Shown one piece after another: positions 38,502-49,442 of a stretch of 64,000 nucleotides of DNA. Origin of the DNA: a virus (Duplodnaviria; Heunggongvirae; Uroviricota; Caudoviricetes); IMG/VR virus record IMGVR_UViG_3300028833_000063, positions 64,001 through 128,000 of that record, one strand, 5' to 3'. A program made the position numbers and the translations under genes. The notes below the pieces were generated by a model. That model was not told the DNA's origin. It ran no database searches and saw only the letters and a list, made by a program, of their open reading frames with translations. The first letter of the stretch is position 1. The number at the start of each line of letters is the position of its first letter.

Positions 38502-39620
38502 TTACTGATTGTTGTTAGTATTGTCATCGAACTTCGGAACTAGACCTTGGTTGTAAGCTTTCCAGCCGCTACCTTCATCTAGTGCCGCATTGTAATAAAT
38601 TCCCCAGTAGTTGGGCATAGTGAACATGCCGACACCAACCTTTACATATCCCTGTAGGACGAAAGAATTGTCGCCTTCATGGTCATCCCATTCACGGAAA
38701 TAGGGAGATCCTTCGAAAGCCATCTTAATTAGCTTTTCCTTACCAGCTGGTAGAACATAAGCGAAAGATGGATTCATAACAGTCTTAGAGTTAGTTTCAT
38801 CGGTAAAGGACTGAGGCATAACAACAATTGGTACACCCTGGAACTTGCCGATATATCCGCGTTCACGAATATCAATCATATCCTGATCAGAAATCTTTCC
38901 ACCAACCCAGCTTGGATTAGCATTGCTATAAACGATAGCATTAACCATCTCAGCAGCAAACTCAGGCGTGCAGTAGATGATTGGAGAGCCGTAAGCCGCA
39001 ACAGTGTTGCAGAGCTTCTTCATAGCAACAGGATTAAAGGTATTAGCTGCAACCTTGTTGCGAGAAGGACGACCAGCGGCATTCCAAGAAGCAAGTAGTA
39101 CTTCCTGAACCATCTCAAATAGACGGTCAACAATACCTTCCTGAATTACTTCATAAATATCGGTCATGCTTTCTAGACCATCGAGATAACGCTCGAAGTC
39201 TACATATCCAGCGCCACCAATGGCCTGAATGTAAACATCGAAACGATCGCGGTCTAGTCTAAAGGTCTCGTAGTTACCAGACTCGGTAGCACGAGTAACA
39301 AACTGCTTGCCCCTCTGCTTGCCGCGAGTTACACGGAACTCAGGACGAGTGCCTTGCTCGAAATGTATAGTCTCAACGAACATATCTAGAGCAGACTGTA
39401 CACTCTGAGGTAGAACTTCTTCTAGATTCTGCTCAAGTAGTTCAAAAATGTCTTCCTTGTTACGATTGAAGACGTGACGATTAAAATGACGACCATCCTT
39501 GGTCATTAGCTTAGCTAGCTCATCACGAAGAGCAGCTTCATAATCATAATCGGCGGCTGCGAACTCAGCAGGAACTTTACGTCCAAATACGCCGTTCATT
39601 AAAATATGTAGATTATCCAT
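38502..39620 (-). CDS. Major capsid protein
   Basis: 372-aa intact ORF, AGGAGGT RBS, highly biased codons, followed by a terminator, after portal and protease; no TAG. Confidence 0.85.
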   Translation of the reverse strand: MDNLHILMNGVFGRKVPAEFAAADYDYEAALRDELAKLMTKDGRHFNRHVFNRNKEDIFELLEQNLEEVLPQSVQSALDMFVETIHFEQGTRPEFRVTRGKQRGKQFVTRATESGNYETFRLDRDRFDVYIQAIGGAGYVDFERYLDGLESMTDIYEVIQEGIVDRLFEMVQEVLLASWNAAGRPSRNKVAANTFNPVAMKKLCNTVAAYGSPIIYCTPEFAAEMVNAIVYSNANPSWVGGKISDQDMIDIRERGYIGKFQGVPIVVMPQSFTDETNSKTVMNPSFAYVLPAGKEKLIKMAFEGSPYFREWDDHEGDNSFVLQGYVKVGVGMFTMPNYWGIYYNAALDEGSGWKAYNQGLVPKFDDNTNNNQ

Positions 39621-39637
39621 AACGTTCGCACCTCCTA

Positions 39638-40288
39638 TTAAATTCTAATAATCTGATACTTAACGCCAAGACCGCCATTAGGAATGGTATAGAACTTTAC
39701 GATCTTGCCATAGATACCAGCTTGTGGAATATTCTTAACAATTTCTGGAACTGCATTAGCAGCAGAAACAGTTTCGTTCTGTCCGACAGCCTTAATAGCA
39801 ACATATAGAGGAGTAGTATCAATTGCCTTTAGAGCGTCTAATAGTACTTGTTCTGCAGTCTTGCCATTAGCGGCGGGGAAAGTAGTGTCATTATACTGTA
39901 AGCAGTTAGTAGTTACAGTGTCGCCAACTCCTAGTAAGCCTACACGTGGATAATCGCCAGCAACCTTGCGGCCAAACCTCTGTAGACCATAGTGTTCACG
40001 ATCATATTCTTTTTCAGTTGTGTATACAATACCAATTGGGGCGGAAGTTGCAGCAGTTGGTGGATTAATAGCACCAGCAGCCTTATCTCCTACGACCCAC
40101 ATACCATTCTCACAAGGAGTTGCCTTTGTAAAGGCTGCTCCTAGAGGAGTCTGGGAAACTACCATGCCAGTCTTTGGGAAAGCTACTTGATTTAGTTCAA
40201 GGCTGGCATATAATTTTTCGTCTGGATCACGATACTTATCTACCATATCGCCAACTGGATTGGTGATAGGAAATCTATTCATACCCAT
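39638..40288 (-). CDS. Capsid decoration/minor head protein (216 aa)
   Basis: Start reassigned to ATG 40288 behind AGGAGG; lies between scaffold and MCP; no TAG. Confidence 0.7.
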   Translation of the reverse strand: MGMNRFPITNPVGDMVDKYRDPDEKLYASLELNQVAFPKTGMVVSQTPLGAAFTKATPCENGMWVVGDKAAGAINPPTAATSAPIGIVYTTEKEYDREHYGLQRFGRKVAGDYPRVGLLGVGDTVTTNCLQYNDTTFPAANGKTAEQVLLDALKAIDTTPLYVAIKAVGQNETVSAANAVPEIVKNIPQAGIYGKIVKFYTIPNGGLGVKYQIIRI

Positions 40289-40301
40289 AACATATTCCTC
40301 C

Positions 40302-41588
40302 TTAATTCTTACGATACTTCTCAATGAGAAGTGCAAATTCATTTACTGCAGGTTCTGGCTGTGGAATTACATTAATTGTATTATCTTCAACCATCATCTG
40401 CTTATTAGCAAAGCTAATGGCGAGTTTACTTTCTAGCTCGCTATAAGTAAAGTTAGAAACTTCTGCGCGAACTTTAGCAATTTCTTCTTCGTCAATAACT
40501 TTTTCATATTTTTCAATTAACTGATTTTTCTTCTCTTCTTCAATCGCAGCTTGTGCAGCTTCATACTGAGCAATAGAACTTTCTAATTCAGTAATGCGAT
40601 TATTTGCGGTTTCGTTTGCGGCGGTAGCATCGGCAAGCGCCTACTCCAACTCAGCAATACGACTCTGAGCATTTTCATAATTGGTGCTTAGCTCAGCATT
40701 AGCATTTGTTAATTCAGTAATAGAGTTCTGAAGAGCTTCAAAATCAGTTGGCTCATCCGCAGGTTCGCCTGCTGGCTCTGCTAAAGCCGGATCATCTACT
40801 AAAGGTAGCTCTGGTTCAATTGCAGATTCTGTATCAGGCGCGTTGTCCTCAACGGGCTGCTCGACATCTGTAACTTGAGCTACAGGCTCTTCTGCGGGAG
40901 TGCCTAGGTTATTTTCAAAATTATCCATAGGTTGTTCTCCTCCCTTTGGTTGTTTTTCCGTCTCTTCGACTAATTCCTTCAAGCCGGATAAAAGTGAAGA
41001 GAACTTTTCATATTGAGATGCATATTTATCATCGTCCTTAGAGAAGAATGTAGATACAGAAAAACAAGGTTCATGTTCTCCTATAATGCATAGCCCCATT
41101 ATAGAAGCTTTGGTATAGACGAAATATTCGTTATCTTCAATATTTGCCCAGTCTCCTTCGATACTATCCCTATCTAATTCCATTGATTGATGCTATCCAA
41201 CAACTAATTTGGCTTCATCGAAATATTTGTTAAAAATTACTACAGAGAAAACAGCGTATTCGCGCTCAATTCCATCTGTATCAGTAAAAGGCTGCCACCC
41301 TTCAAATGATTCTACATAGCCATAAGCGCTAGCTAGTAGTGGACCCGTGTGCCCTGCCCAGCTTTTGGATTCTGGGTCAAAAAATCCAACAACTGGAGTA
41401 TTGCCCATGGTCGCGCTGGCAATAAGTTGTTCTGCGATTTCATCCGTAATATAAGAACCATTACGATTCCCATATTTTGTGAAAACACCAACCTTTAAGC
41501 GGCCTAGTTCTGGGTTACTACTAGAAATTGGCACTGTAGGAGAAGCGATGACAACGCTATCAAAATAAATAGGTATTTGTCTATCCAT
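40302..41588 (-). CDS. Prohead protease/scaffold (428 aa, TAG read-throughs)
   Basis: Fragments 41193 and 40641 in frame; SIMGLCIIGEHEPCF protease-like core, then an acidic Pro-rich linker and a coiled coil. Confidence 0.75.
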
Positions 41589-41599
41589 CTTAATTCTCC

Positions 41600-43123
41600 T
41601 TAACCCATGGCCGCAATATTGGCCTGAGTTTTCTCAGATTTCTCTTCATCGGGTAACTCTGGACGGCCACCTTGATTGTTCACAGTTACCGAAGTTTTTT
41701 TACTTCCACCGCCACTACCTGAATTTTCGCCACCAGGAGTAGTATAGGCAGACTATAATGGTATCATCTTATCCGCCATGTGAAGGAAGTCATTTTCAAA
41801 ATTCATTAGACTTAACTAAGCTAATTGGTCAATGCCGCTAGCAACGCCAGCGCGCATCTTAGAATAGCCATACTACGCACCCTAGAAATACATACTCTGG
41901 TAATCTTTAATATTAAACATAGTAGTGGGTAAGATTTCAAAGCCAAACTATAGCCCTGTACGGGAAAACCTATGATTAATTTGAAATCTTATCCACGTAC
42001 TATATACGTTTAGATAACCTTTCATAAGACTTTCATCCTTCTTTATGCTATACGCGAGAGTAGAACTATTCTCAGCGTTAAACAGAATTGAGCCTCTTCC
42101 TAGAGCATTCCAAGCATTCTTTGCATACTTATCAATACGATCAGCAGACTGAGATGCCGCAGAGGAATCCTAAAGATTCTCTAATGTAGTTTCTCCAAAA
42201 GTAGTCAATACATCTACAGTATCTAAGTCTTTGAGCATTTCCGCTACTCCTGCGTGGATATCTTCAACTTCCTCTAATTCAAATACTAATTCGCCGTTGG
42301 AATCAATCGGCATGCGCTAAATTAGTAATTTGTATAGTTCGTTTTCATCCCGCTTTTCTTCGCGGCCAACTGCGTCTTTAAGTTTACGTAATTGAGGTAT
42401 TGCGGCAATGAGTAATGGTGTCTGGTCATCAGCAAAACAAAAATTTATGCCGCCGTCTGCGGATGAAATCATAATCCATGGATCACTTGTTTTCTTGTCT
42501 TTCCAATTTTTCCACGCCTTTTGTACAACCTCTGGAAAGGTTAAAAGTATGCGCGCTCTTTCTTTATCATCAGAAAACTTACGTTCAAAATAGGTTACGT
42601 TAAATTCAAGAATATTTAAATTATTATAATCCTTGAATCTCGTGCGGCAATATTCTAATGGGAGATCCTAAATAGCAAATTTACTCCCAACCTGACGCAG
42701 AATACCATTATACATACCATTAATTAACCATGCTTTTGTAATACGAGTTAAAGTATTGCGGATATCTAAATCGTCTACAAAAGTACAAGCATTATAGAAT
42801 GCTTTAACAATCTAAGCCTTAGAACCCTTGCCTTCCTCAAAGATAGGGGTGACAATTGTATCATAGTAAGGTAAGGTGGCTAGGTAATCAATATTCTCAC
42901 GATATTCACTATTTGTACGATAATAATAGCGAGATAATTGTCGTAGTGAATCTAAATCGCCAGAACGAATTATTTGTTCAATTTCTTCTAAAGAAAAATC
43001 GTGCTACCCTACTGAATTGATACGGCTATTCGCGCCATAGCGACTAACACGATAGCTATCAATTGGTACTGGCATAATGCGATTTTGTTTAGCAAAATTG
43101 AAATATGGTTTGAAAGAACTCAT
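41600..43123 (-). CDS. Portal protein (507 aa, TAG read-throughs)
   Basis: ATG 43123 to TAA 41600 is a whole number of codons; lies between TerL and the protease; missed entirely by the code-11 track. Confidence 0.75.
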
Positions 43124-43128
43124 AAACC

Positions 43129-44919
43129 TCACCCCCTACTTTTAGGACTGAAGAAAGCATATTGATTTATCTTTTTCTTCCGTTTTTTAAAAATTTCTTT
43201 ATCTTCATAGTATTTAATTCTATATAAAGAATATTCTAATGCAGAAAAACGGTCTTTTTCAATTGATCTAGAAATTCTTTCAACCTTAAATTTATTTTCG
43301 ACTCCCGTCGGCTTTAAACGTAAATTATTAAGCTCGTCCATCAGCCGAGAAGTCATTTCATATGGCATCAAAAATATGCGTCTATCATAAGGCGTCATTT
43401 TAGCACCTTTCTTCGTTTTCATTAATTTTTCTTTAACAATTCTTTCATGTGCTAAAAATGATACTGATCCAGTATTGATTGCAGAAAGAAACGCAGAATG
43501 GATTTCATCTTCATTTGAAGCGCTAGCTTTTATGTCATATAAAATTGCATTATACGCCGGAACAGGAGAATTTTGTTCCTCTCTTAACTCTGGCGGTAAA
43601 TGGTTTTCGTTGTTAAAGGTGAAATATGCCGGGAACTACTCGCCCGTGTGCGAATCATAAGATGGTAATGCCATCGCATCCATTAAACCAATACCTGGAC
43701 CGTTACCGTCAATAACGACTTCGCGCGGATTGTATAATGAAATTAATTTTTTGATACGCGGCGCCTACTCAGTAATAAAGTTTTCACCGTTAATAACTTC
43801 GGTATATACAACATCTTTCTTAAAGCGCTAGTCATTAGGTAGTACTTTAATAACCATAATAGCAGTATTGGCATGATATCTACCTACGTCAATTCCTATT
43901 TCATACCATGCGTCAGGACATAACTCACTATAATATGCATGTCGTTCACATTTAAGTAAAGAACGATGCTTATTCAAGCGGCGTGAATCTAGCCATGCTT
44001 CTGAGCTATTACCAGTCCATATTGAAAGATTTTCGCGCGCGAATGCATCTTCATTAACAGAGGTGGAATATCTCTAGTCTTCCATGGTCGCTCTATCTAT
44101 AAGCCCATAATGTACGGGAATTTCGTAACTGAGGCCCCAACAGAAGAACTCCTTCGGCCGCAATACTGCATTTACCGCTATCTCAATAAGTCGTGAATAC
44201 ATATAGACAGTACGGTCACTAGCAGTTGTAATAAAGGTTTGCGGCGAGCTTGGCTCATCTACATTTAAAGATCCATCGGGCTCACGGCGCTTAATGTTAA
44301 GCTGCGGCCATAGTACTTCTGTATAGGCTTCTTCGGATATAAGCGCACACTCCTCCAATATACCAGCAGTCGCACGCAATCCACGGGACGTATCTTTTGA
44401 TACAACAGTAATTTGACTACCATTCTTAAAATTAACTTCATAATAGTTAGTACTGGATTTAATACCGGTTTTCCCGTCATCAGTGCGAGTAGTAAGTTCT
44501 TTTTCGAGCAAAGGCCAATGGGTAAAGAACTAAGCGAACTTATCGCGTGCAATATTAATAACTGTACCCTTAACTTCAGATGCAATCATTACGCTAGACT
44601 TTGGCAGCAGAATAGCACGTACTAGCGCGCATAGATATGCAGTGAAGGATTTAGATGTAGCACGAGTGCCAGTCCAAAAATGATACCTGTAGCGCATTGA
44701 GGCGCGAAGAGCTATGCGCTAAAATGGCATGAGGTGAAAGTGCTATGCATCTTCAACCAACTGTACTGCATCTAAAAACAAGTCTGGATATAATATCCAA
44801 AGATTTAAATATTTAGTGAATAGTTCTTGATTGCGGTCTAAGAATTCCTTAGTAAGGGTAACGCCCTTTTCAATTGGTATGCCATCTCTTAGCAGGGGTT
44901 CCTATAAGTTTTCATTCAT
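43129..44919 (-). CDS. terL: Terminase large subunit (596 aa, TAG read-throughs)
   Basis: Deviant Walker A GTRATSKSF, Walker B GILEEC, nuclease GIDVG, IDGNGPG and KDRFSALEY; fragments 44074 and 43129 in frame. Confidence 0.9.
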
Positions 44920-45856
44920 CCTATCCCCCCTCCTATAGTTCTGCGGCTAATTCTCCTTCACCTTCGTACTCTATATCTGCGGTTTCATCAAATTCTACTT
45001 TTTCATTTTCAATTTCTTCAAGACGTTCAGTCATATTATAGCGTGCACGTTTATCTTCAACTTGTTCTGCAAAGTTCCCTTCATTAATGACTAGCCGCTT
45101 CAAATAGTTTTGAATATTTTCCATCATAAAGTCAATGGAGTCTTGTGGTTCGGTATGCCAATTTGGATGCCATCCTTTCTTACCATAATACACCATCAAC
45201 TCTCCAACGGATTCAAAGTCGGCCGCAGATTTAGCATTAGAAGCTTCAAAATGATAGGTTTTTACAATGTCGTCTGCCTATTTCATCATTTTGGAAACAT
45301 CAATGTTTTGGCGCAGCCCCTACTTAATATGTAACTAAAGCTCACAGAAATCTCTTGCTTTTTCTTGTAGGATTGGGGTCGATACATTTTGGGTTGCAAC
45401 GATTTTATTATAAAAATCTTCAAGCCAAAGAAGTTCGTTTGGCTCGTATTCGGCACCCCATACCTTTTTCAAATGGCGCATTTGCCCTTCAGAAATAGCT
45501 TTAATCTCATCATTAATTGTGCCTTCTTTTCGCGCGATTTCCCATCTTGTATTTTCATCCTACCATTTTAAGCCTTCATAATGGTCATCATATAGTAAGT
45601 TAAAGTAGGCCGTAAATGTATGGTCTTTATGCTACTCATATAGCTGCGTCCATTTATTAAGATCAAATGGGAGGTCGAGCCAGCGTAGTACGCGGTCAAC
45701 TTCACCTAGGTTGTCTTGCGGCGTTGTAGCTTCAAGGCAAGAAGTACAATATAGGGAACGATGGCCCGGGAAAAAGCGTGAAGATGTTGCCGCGAACGCA
45801 GTAATTGGTTTTTCTTGTTTGCAGCGCAAACATTTACGTAGTTTTTTGTCTTCCAT
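44912..45856 (-). CDS. Zn-finger protein upstream of TerL, possible small terminase subunit (314 aa, TAG read-throughs)
   Basis: CLRC...CTSC N-terminus; joins 45632..45856 and 44933..45199; overlaps the TerL start. Confidence 0.65.
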
Positions 45857-47125
45857 CTACTTTCAGCACCTCCCCTTTTTCAATGCGAAGTTGACGTTCA
45901 CATTCACGGCATCGTGATTGAAAGCCATCTTTTCGGCCTGAATTTTTAGTAAAAAAGAGTGGATGGCGTGGCAAAACGCGGCCGCATCGTTTGCAGGCTT
46001 TACGTTGGCTGGCAGGCGTTTCGCATAATATTCGGTGTTTTGCGGCGGTTCGCGCAATTTCTTTTGGAATATCGTTGGCGATGATTGTGCTTAAATAAAA
46101 TGTGTTGTAAGTAAAACCAAATTCCTGCATTAGTTGATTACGTATGTCTTCGCGCGGCGTTTGCTGCATTACTTTATCTACAATGGCGCGGCGAATTGGA
46201 GTTAGCGGGGTCATTTGTACATAACGTTCTAAGTCCCAAATAAGGCAGCGCCCGTATGTATCCAGTTTATCCTTTAGCTGTTCCTTTAGCGGCAAATAGT
46301 TATTCATAAGTGCATAAACATGTTTAGGGTTCTCCCAGTCAAAGTTATGCTAACAGACTACCCATTTTACCTCCAACTAATCCCCCTCCCCTCGCGTTTC
46401 ATAGTCTTCTAGGTTGCGTGAAATGCGGGTTGTATAGGAGTGGGATACACGCTATTCCCAGTCTGCGTAAGGAATCCAATATGCGGCCGCCCCGTCCCAA
46501 TCATAAAATTGTGTCTTTGGGTGGTCAAGTTTCTGGAAATGAAGCTGCGGCTTATAAACATCTTTTAAATAATATTGCGTTCTTTTCATATCAATTAGGT
46601 TATGTTTAAGACGATAAAGGCGATAGTCGTCTTCAAAAAGGGGAAAGTTTTCGTCTGGCGGCAACTTGCCTTGTAAAATATGGATCCATTTGTCAAAGTA
46701 ATCAAGGCGTTCCCATAGTTCTACCATGCCTGGAATATCGGAGTCGCCCGGGTCAATAAGTTCGCCAGTTTTTTTATCGTATTTGGGACGCCGAATTGTA
46801 GGAATAGACTTTTTATATACGTCGCGCTTGTATGCACTTCTAAATTCTTGTTCGTCGGTGGCTGGATTTTCAGCATCTCATCAAGTGATACCACATAGTC
46901 ATCGGAAGTTTTAAAGGAGTTATAGCGTTTGGAGTTATCATAGACTTCGCCTCTGCGCAAAGAGGAAAGCCCGTTTTCATCTTTACCGTATAGAATGTAG
47001 GTGGCCATTTGCTCTATATCGGTTTCGGATGGGTCGTGATCCAAAGTGTCTAAAATCCCTTCAACTAGCTTTAGACGATCGGTATCTCTTTCAATGGTGT
47101 AATCTAATGAATATGGTTTCTTCAT
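45834..47125 (-). CDS. Putative DNA-binding protein (~430 aa) with C-terminal Zn finger; needs a -1 frameshift near 46868 plus TAG read-through
   Basis: 46721..47125 joins the frame of 46452..46727 and 45834..46307 after a 1-nt shift (LDEML/ENPATDEQ...); CKRC...CREC at the C-terminus. Confidence 0.6.
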
Positions 47126-47151
47126 TTCATTTCAACACCTCCTTTGTTTTT

Positions 47152-47181
47152 ATTTTATCATATGGGATTGCGATTTGTCAA
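47152..47181 (-). promoter_or_regulatory. Promoter heading the leftward morphogenesis block
   Basis: TTGACA (47181-76), 18 bp including TG, then TAAAAT; AAAGGAGGT RBS follows. Confidence 0.6.
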
Positions 47182-47317
47182 GTGTTTGACTTTTAGAAAA
47201 AGTTGGTGGAAAGTGTAGACGTCCCCCCCTGTTCGAGTCAATTTGTTCGTCAATTTCCTGAAATACTCCCCCGATTTGGTTGGAAAATCGACCAAAAACG
47301 ACAAAAAGCTAGGGGGG

Positions 47318-47346
47318 TTGCATTTTTCGCTGAATTGTGATAATAT
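47318..47346 (+). promoter_or_regulatory. Promoter heading the rightward early block
   Basis: TTGCAT, spacer with TG, then GATAAT/TAATAT; followed by a ~235-nt structured leader. Confidence 0.55.
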
Positions 47347-47585
47347 ACAGTCACGGGGACGGGAAAGGGAAACAGCCCCGGGTTGACGGTTTAAGCTAAC
47401 CGGAAAAAGGCGCGCAAGACTGCTGTAGGCAAGGCCCCGAACCTTGGCAATTATATACCCCCACACGGCAAAAAATAGGTGTGTTTGCTGTGCCCAGAGA
47501 TGGGATACAATCTTCCCCGGGGAGCTGAGTGCAAAACCGGGCGGCGACCTATGGGTTTACACCATAAAGAAAGGAGAATTTTACC

Positions 47586-48260
47586 ATGGAAAAGCTTGAA
47601 AAATTGGATTCTGTCACTTATGACATCCTTATGTATACGCTGAAAAAGAAGCGCAATACATGGGATTATGAACAGTTTCGGTCGTTCCGGGAAGAACAGG
47701 GCATTTATAAAGAGACGATTATTCCGGCCACTTTTATCATTGGTCTGCTTGCCTATCGGCAAGCTGAATATAGCCCTACAGATAAAGGTTGGCAGGGAAA
47801 GTTTAGCGAGGTGCGCGAGCGGTTGACAAATAAAGCTCTTAAGGGCTTGCCTGTCCGCTGGGTAGAATATGCCGCCCACAAGCCGGGCGAAACCGACTTG
47901 TTTTATGGTAAACGTCCGGTCGAAAAAAAGACTGGTGCTGGTGATTGGCTTTACTCTCATAAAGCCTATACCCGTGAGGGTATCGTCAAAGAGTACAGCA
48001 AGAAGAAGACCCTGTTACATTTCGAGGCCATAAGCTACGGAATTGACATTGTTTGTGAGTGGAATGAATTTATGGCATACCTTGCCGAATATCGGCGTAG
48101 CATCAAGGGCCCGGCCATGGGAGCTGAATATTGGTTCAAGAGTGAACCGAAAGCTGGGGCAGACGGTAGCAAGTGGATCCTGGAGCTGCAGATCTGGCAG
48201 AACAGCGACAAAAAAGTGAAATACCTTCGGGCTTGCCCTTTCAACAAGCTGAATGGCTAA
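47586..48260 (+). CDS. Hypothetical protein (224 aa)
   Basis: AAAGGAG RBS, intact ORF, terminator ggggcagggc-gaaa-gccctgcccc downstream. Confidence 0.8.
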   Translation: MEKLEKLDSVTYDILMYTLKKKRNTWDYEQFRSFREEQGIYKETIIPATFIIGLLAYRQAEYSPTDKGWQGKFSEVRERLTNKALKGLPVRWVEYAAHKPGETDLFYGKRPVEKKTGAGDWLYSHKAYTREGIVKEYSKKKTLLHFEAISYGIDIVCEWNEFMAYLAEYRRSIKGPAMGAEYWFKSEPKAGADGSKWILELQIWQNSDKKVKYLRACPFNKLNG

Positions 48261-48312
48261 GACAATCGGGGCAGGGCGAAAGCCCTGCCCCATTAATAAA
48301 GGGGATAAAACA

Positions 48313-48477
48313 ATGGCTGAATTAATTATCAATCATCAGGAAATGACGGTTTTTGTCGACGACTTCAAGGGGTTTACCCCTGACTGGGATGAGATCATTC
48401 TTCCGTTTGATCGTAAAGCGGTACAAGCTCTGGAAGAGCTGGGTTATAAAATCTTTTACGGACATGATGATATTTAA
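48313..48477 (+). CDS. Small hypothetical protein
   Basis: AAGGGG RBS, ATG 48313. Confidence 0.65.
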   Translation: MAELIINHQEMTVFVDDFKGFTPDWDEIILPFDRKAVQALEELGYKIFYGHDDI

Positions 48478-48492
48478 GAAAGGGGAAGGAAC

Positions 48493-48675
48493 ATGTTTAC
48501 AGAAATGATTATCCATGATAAAAAGTCTAACGAATATTTTTGGACGAACGGACAAGAGCGGAAAGCTATTACAGAGACGCAAGCTGATGAAATTATCGGC
48601 GACTGGGAGATGCAGGGGCACTTTGCAAATTATGCAACCTATTTGAACGGCAAAATAGAAAAAGAGTGGTATTAA
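48493..48675 (+). CDS. Small hypothetical protein
   Basis: AAGGAA RBS; terminator gaagggc-ggaa-gcccttc-T8 follows. Confidence 0.7.
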   Translation: MFTEMIIHDKKSNEYFWTNGQERKAITETQADEIIGDWEMQGHFANYATYLNGKIEKEWY

Positions 48676-48845
48676 GGGAAGGGCGGAAGCCCTTCTTTTT
48701 TTTATTTATTCATTTGAACAATTGCTCAACTGTTGCACTTTAGCGTGCTAAATTAAAAAATTAGATGCAGTGCATCTAATTTTTGGCCTTGACGTATCTA
48801 TGCCCACGTTGTATAATATAGAAAATAGCAAAGGGGGTTATTGGT

Positions 48846-49034
48846 ATGTGGTATGTATTCGGAGGGCTGGCCTGGGCCGGATTGGTAGCTATGCCGTTAG
48901 TGGGTATTATTCCGGGTTTATGCATCGTAGGGGCTGGATTAGGATTAGCTGCGCTGGCAGCTGGAGAAGCTGAGCGAAAAACGCAAGCTGGAGAACGGCG
49001 CAAGCTGGCGCAATATCCGAGCTATAAATATTAA
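48846..49034 (+). CDS. Small membrane protein
   Basis: Two hydrophobic Gly/Ala/Leu segments and a basic tail; first cassette. Confidence 0.7.
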   Translation: MWYVFGGLAWAGLVAMPLVGIIPGLCIVGAGLGLAALAAGEAERKTQAGERRKLAQYPSYKY

Positions 49035-49048
49035 GGAGGATAAAAGAA

Positions 49049-49330
49049 ATGAAGAAATTTATCATGATTCTTGCTCTGGCGCTTGCTCTGTCTATTAGTG
49101 TGGCTTATGCAGATATTTACCCAACTACCGTTATTGTTCGTGATCTTGATTATCAATATGACTTAGTCATTTGTGAAGATTACAATGGAAATGAGTGGAT
49201 ATTTGAAGGGATTGATGATTGGGATATTGATGACATGATATCAATGATTATGGATGATATGGATACATCAATTATTGAAGACGATGAAATTATCATGGTT
49301 AGATATAGCGGTTATGCGGGCGGGCTTTAA
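49049..49330 (+). CDS. Secreted/exported small acidic protein
   Basis: Signal peptide MKKFIMILALALALSISVAYA/D; AGGAG RBS. Confidence 0.75.
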   Translation: MKKFIMILALALALSISVAYADIYPTTVIVRDLDYQYDLVICEDYNGNEWIFEGIDDWDIDDMISMIMDDMDTSIIEDDEIIMVRYSGYAGGL

Positions 49331-49442
49331 TGCCCGTCTTTTCTTGCTATACATTATTAGATGTAGTACATCTAAAAAAAAGACTTTACAAGTATAGCAC
49401 AAAGTGCTATACTTGTATCATCAAAGAAGGAGGTACACGGCA

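Noticed and set aside
7779-47125. Structural block as a decayed prophage or pseudogenes
   Set aside because: Breaks checked are TAG only, frames are preserved over 16 kb, and catalytic motifs are intact. This is recoding, not decay.
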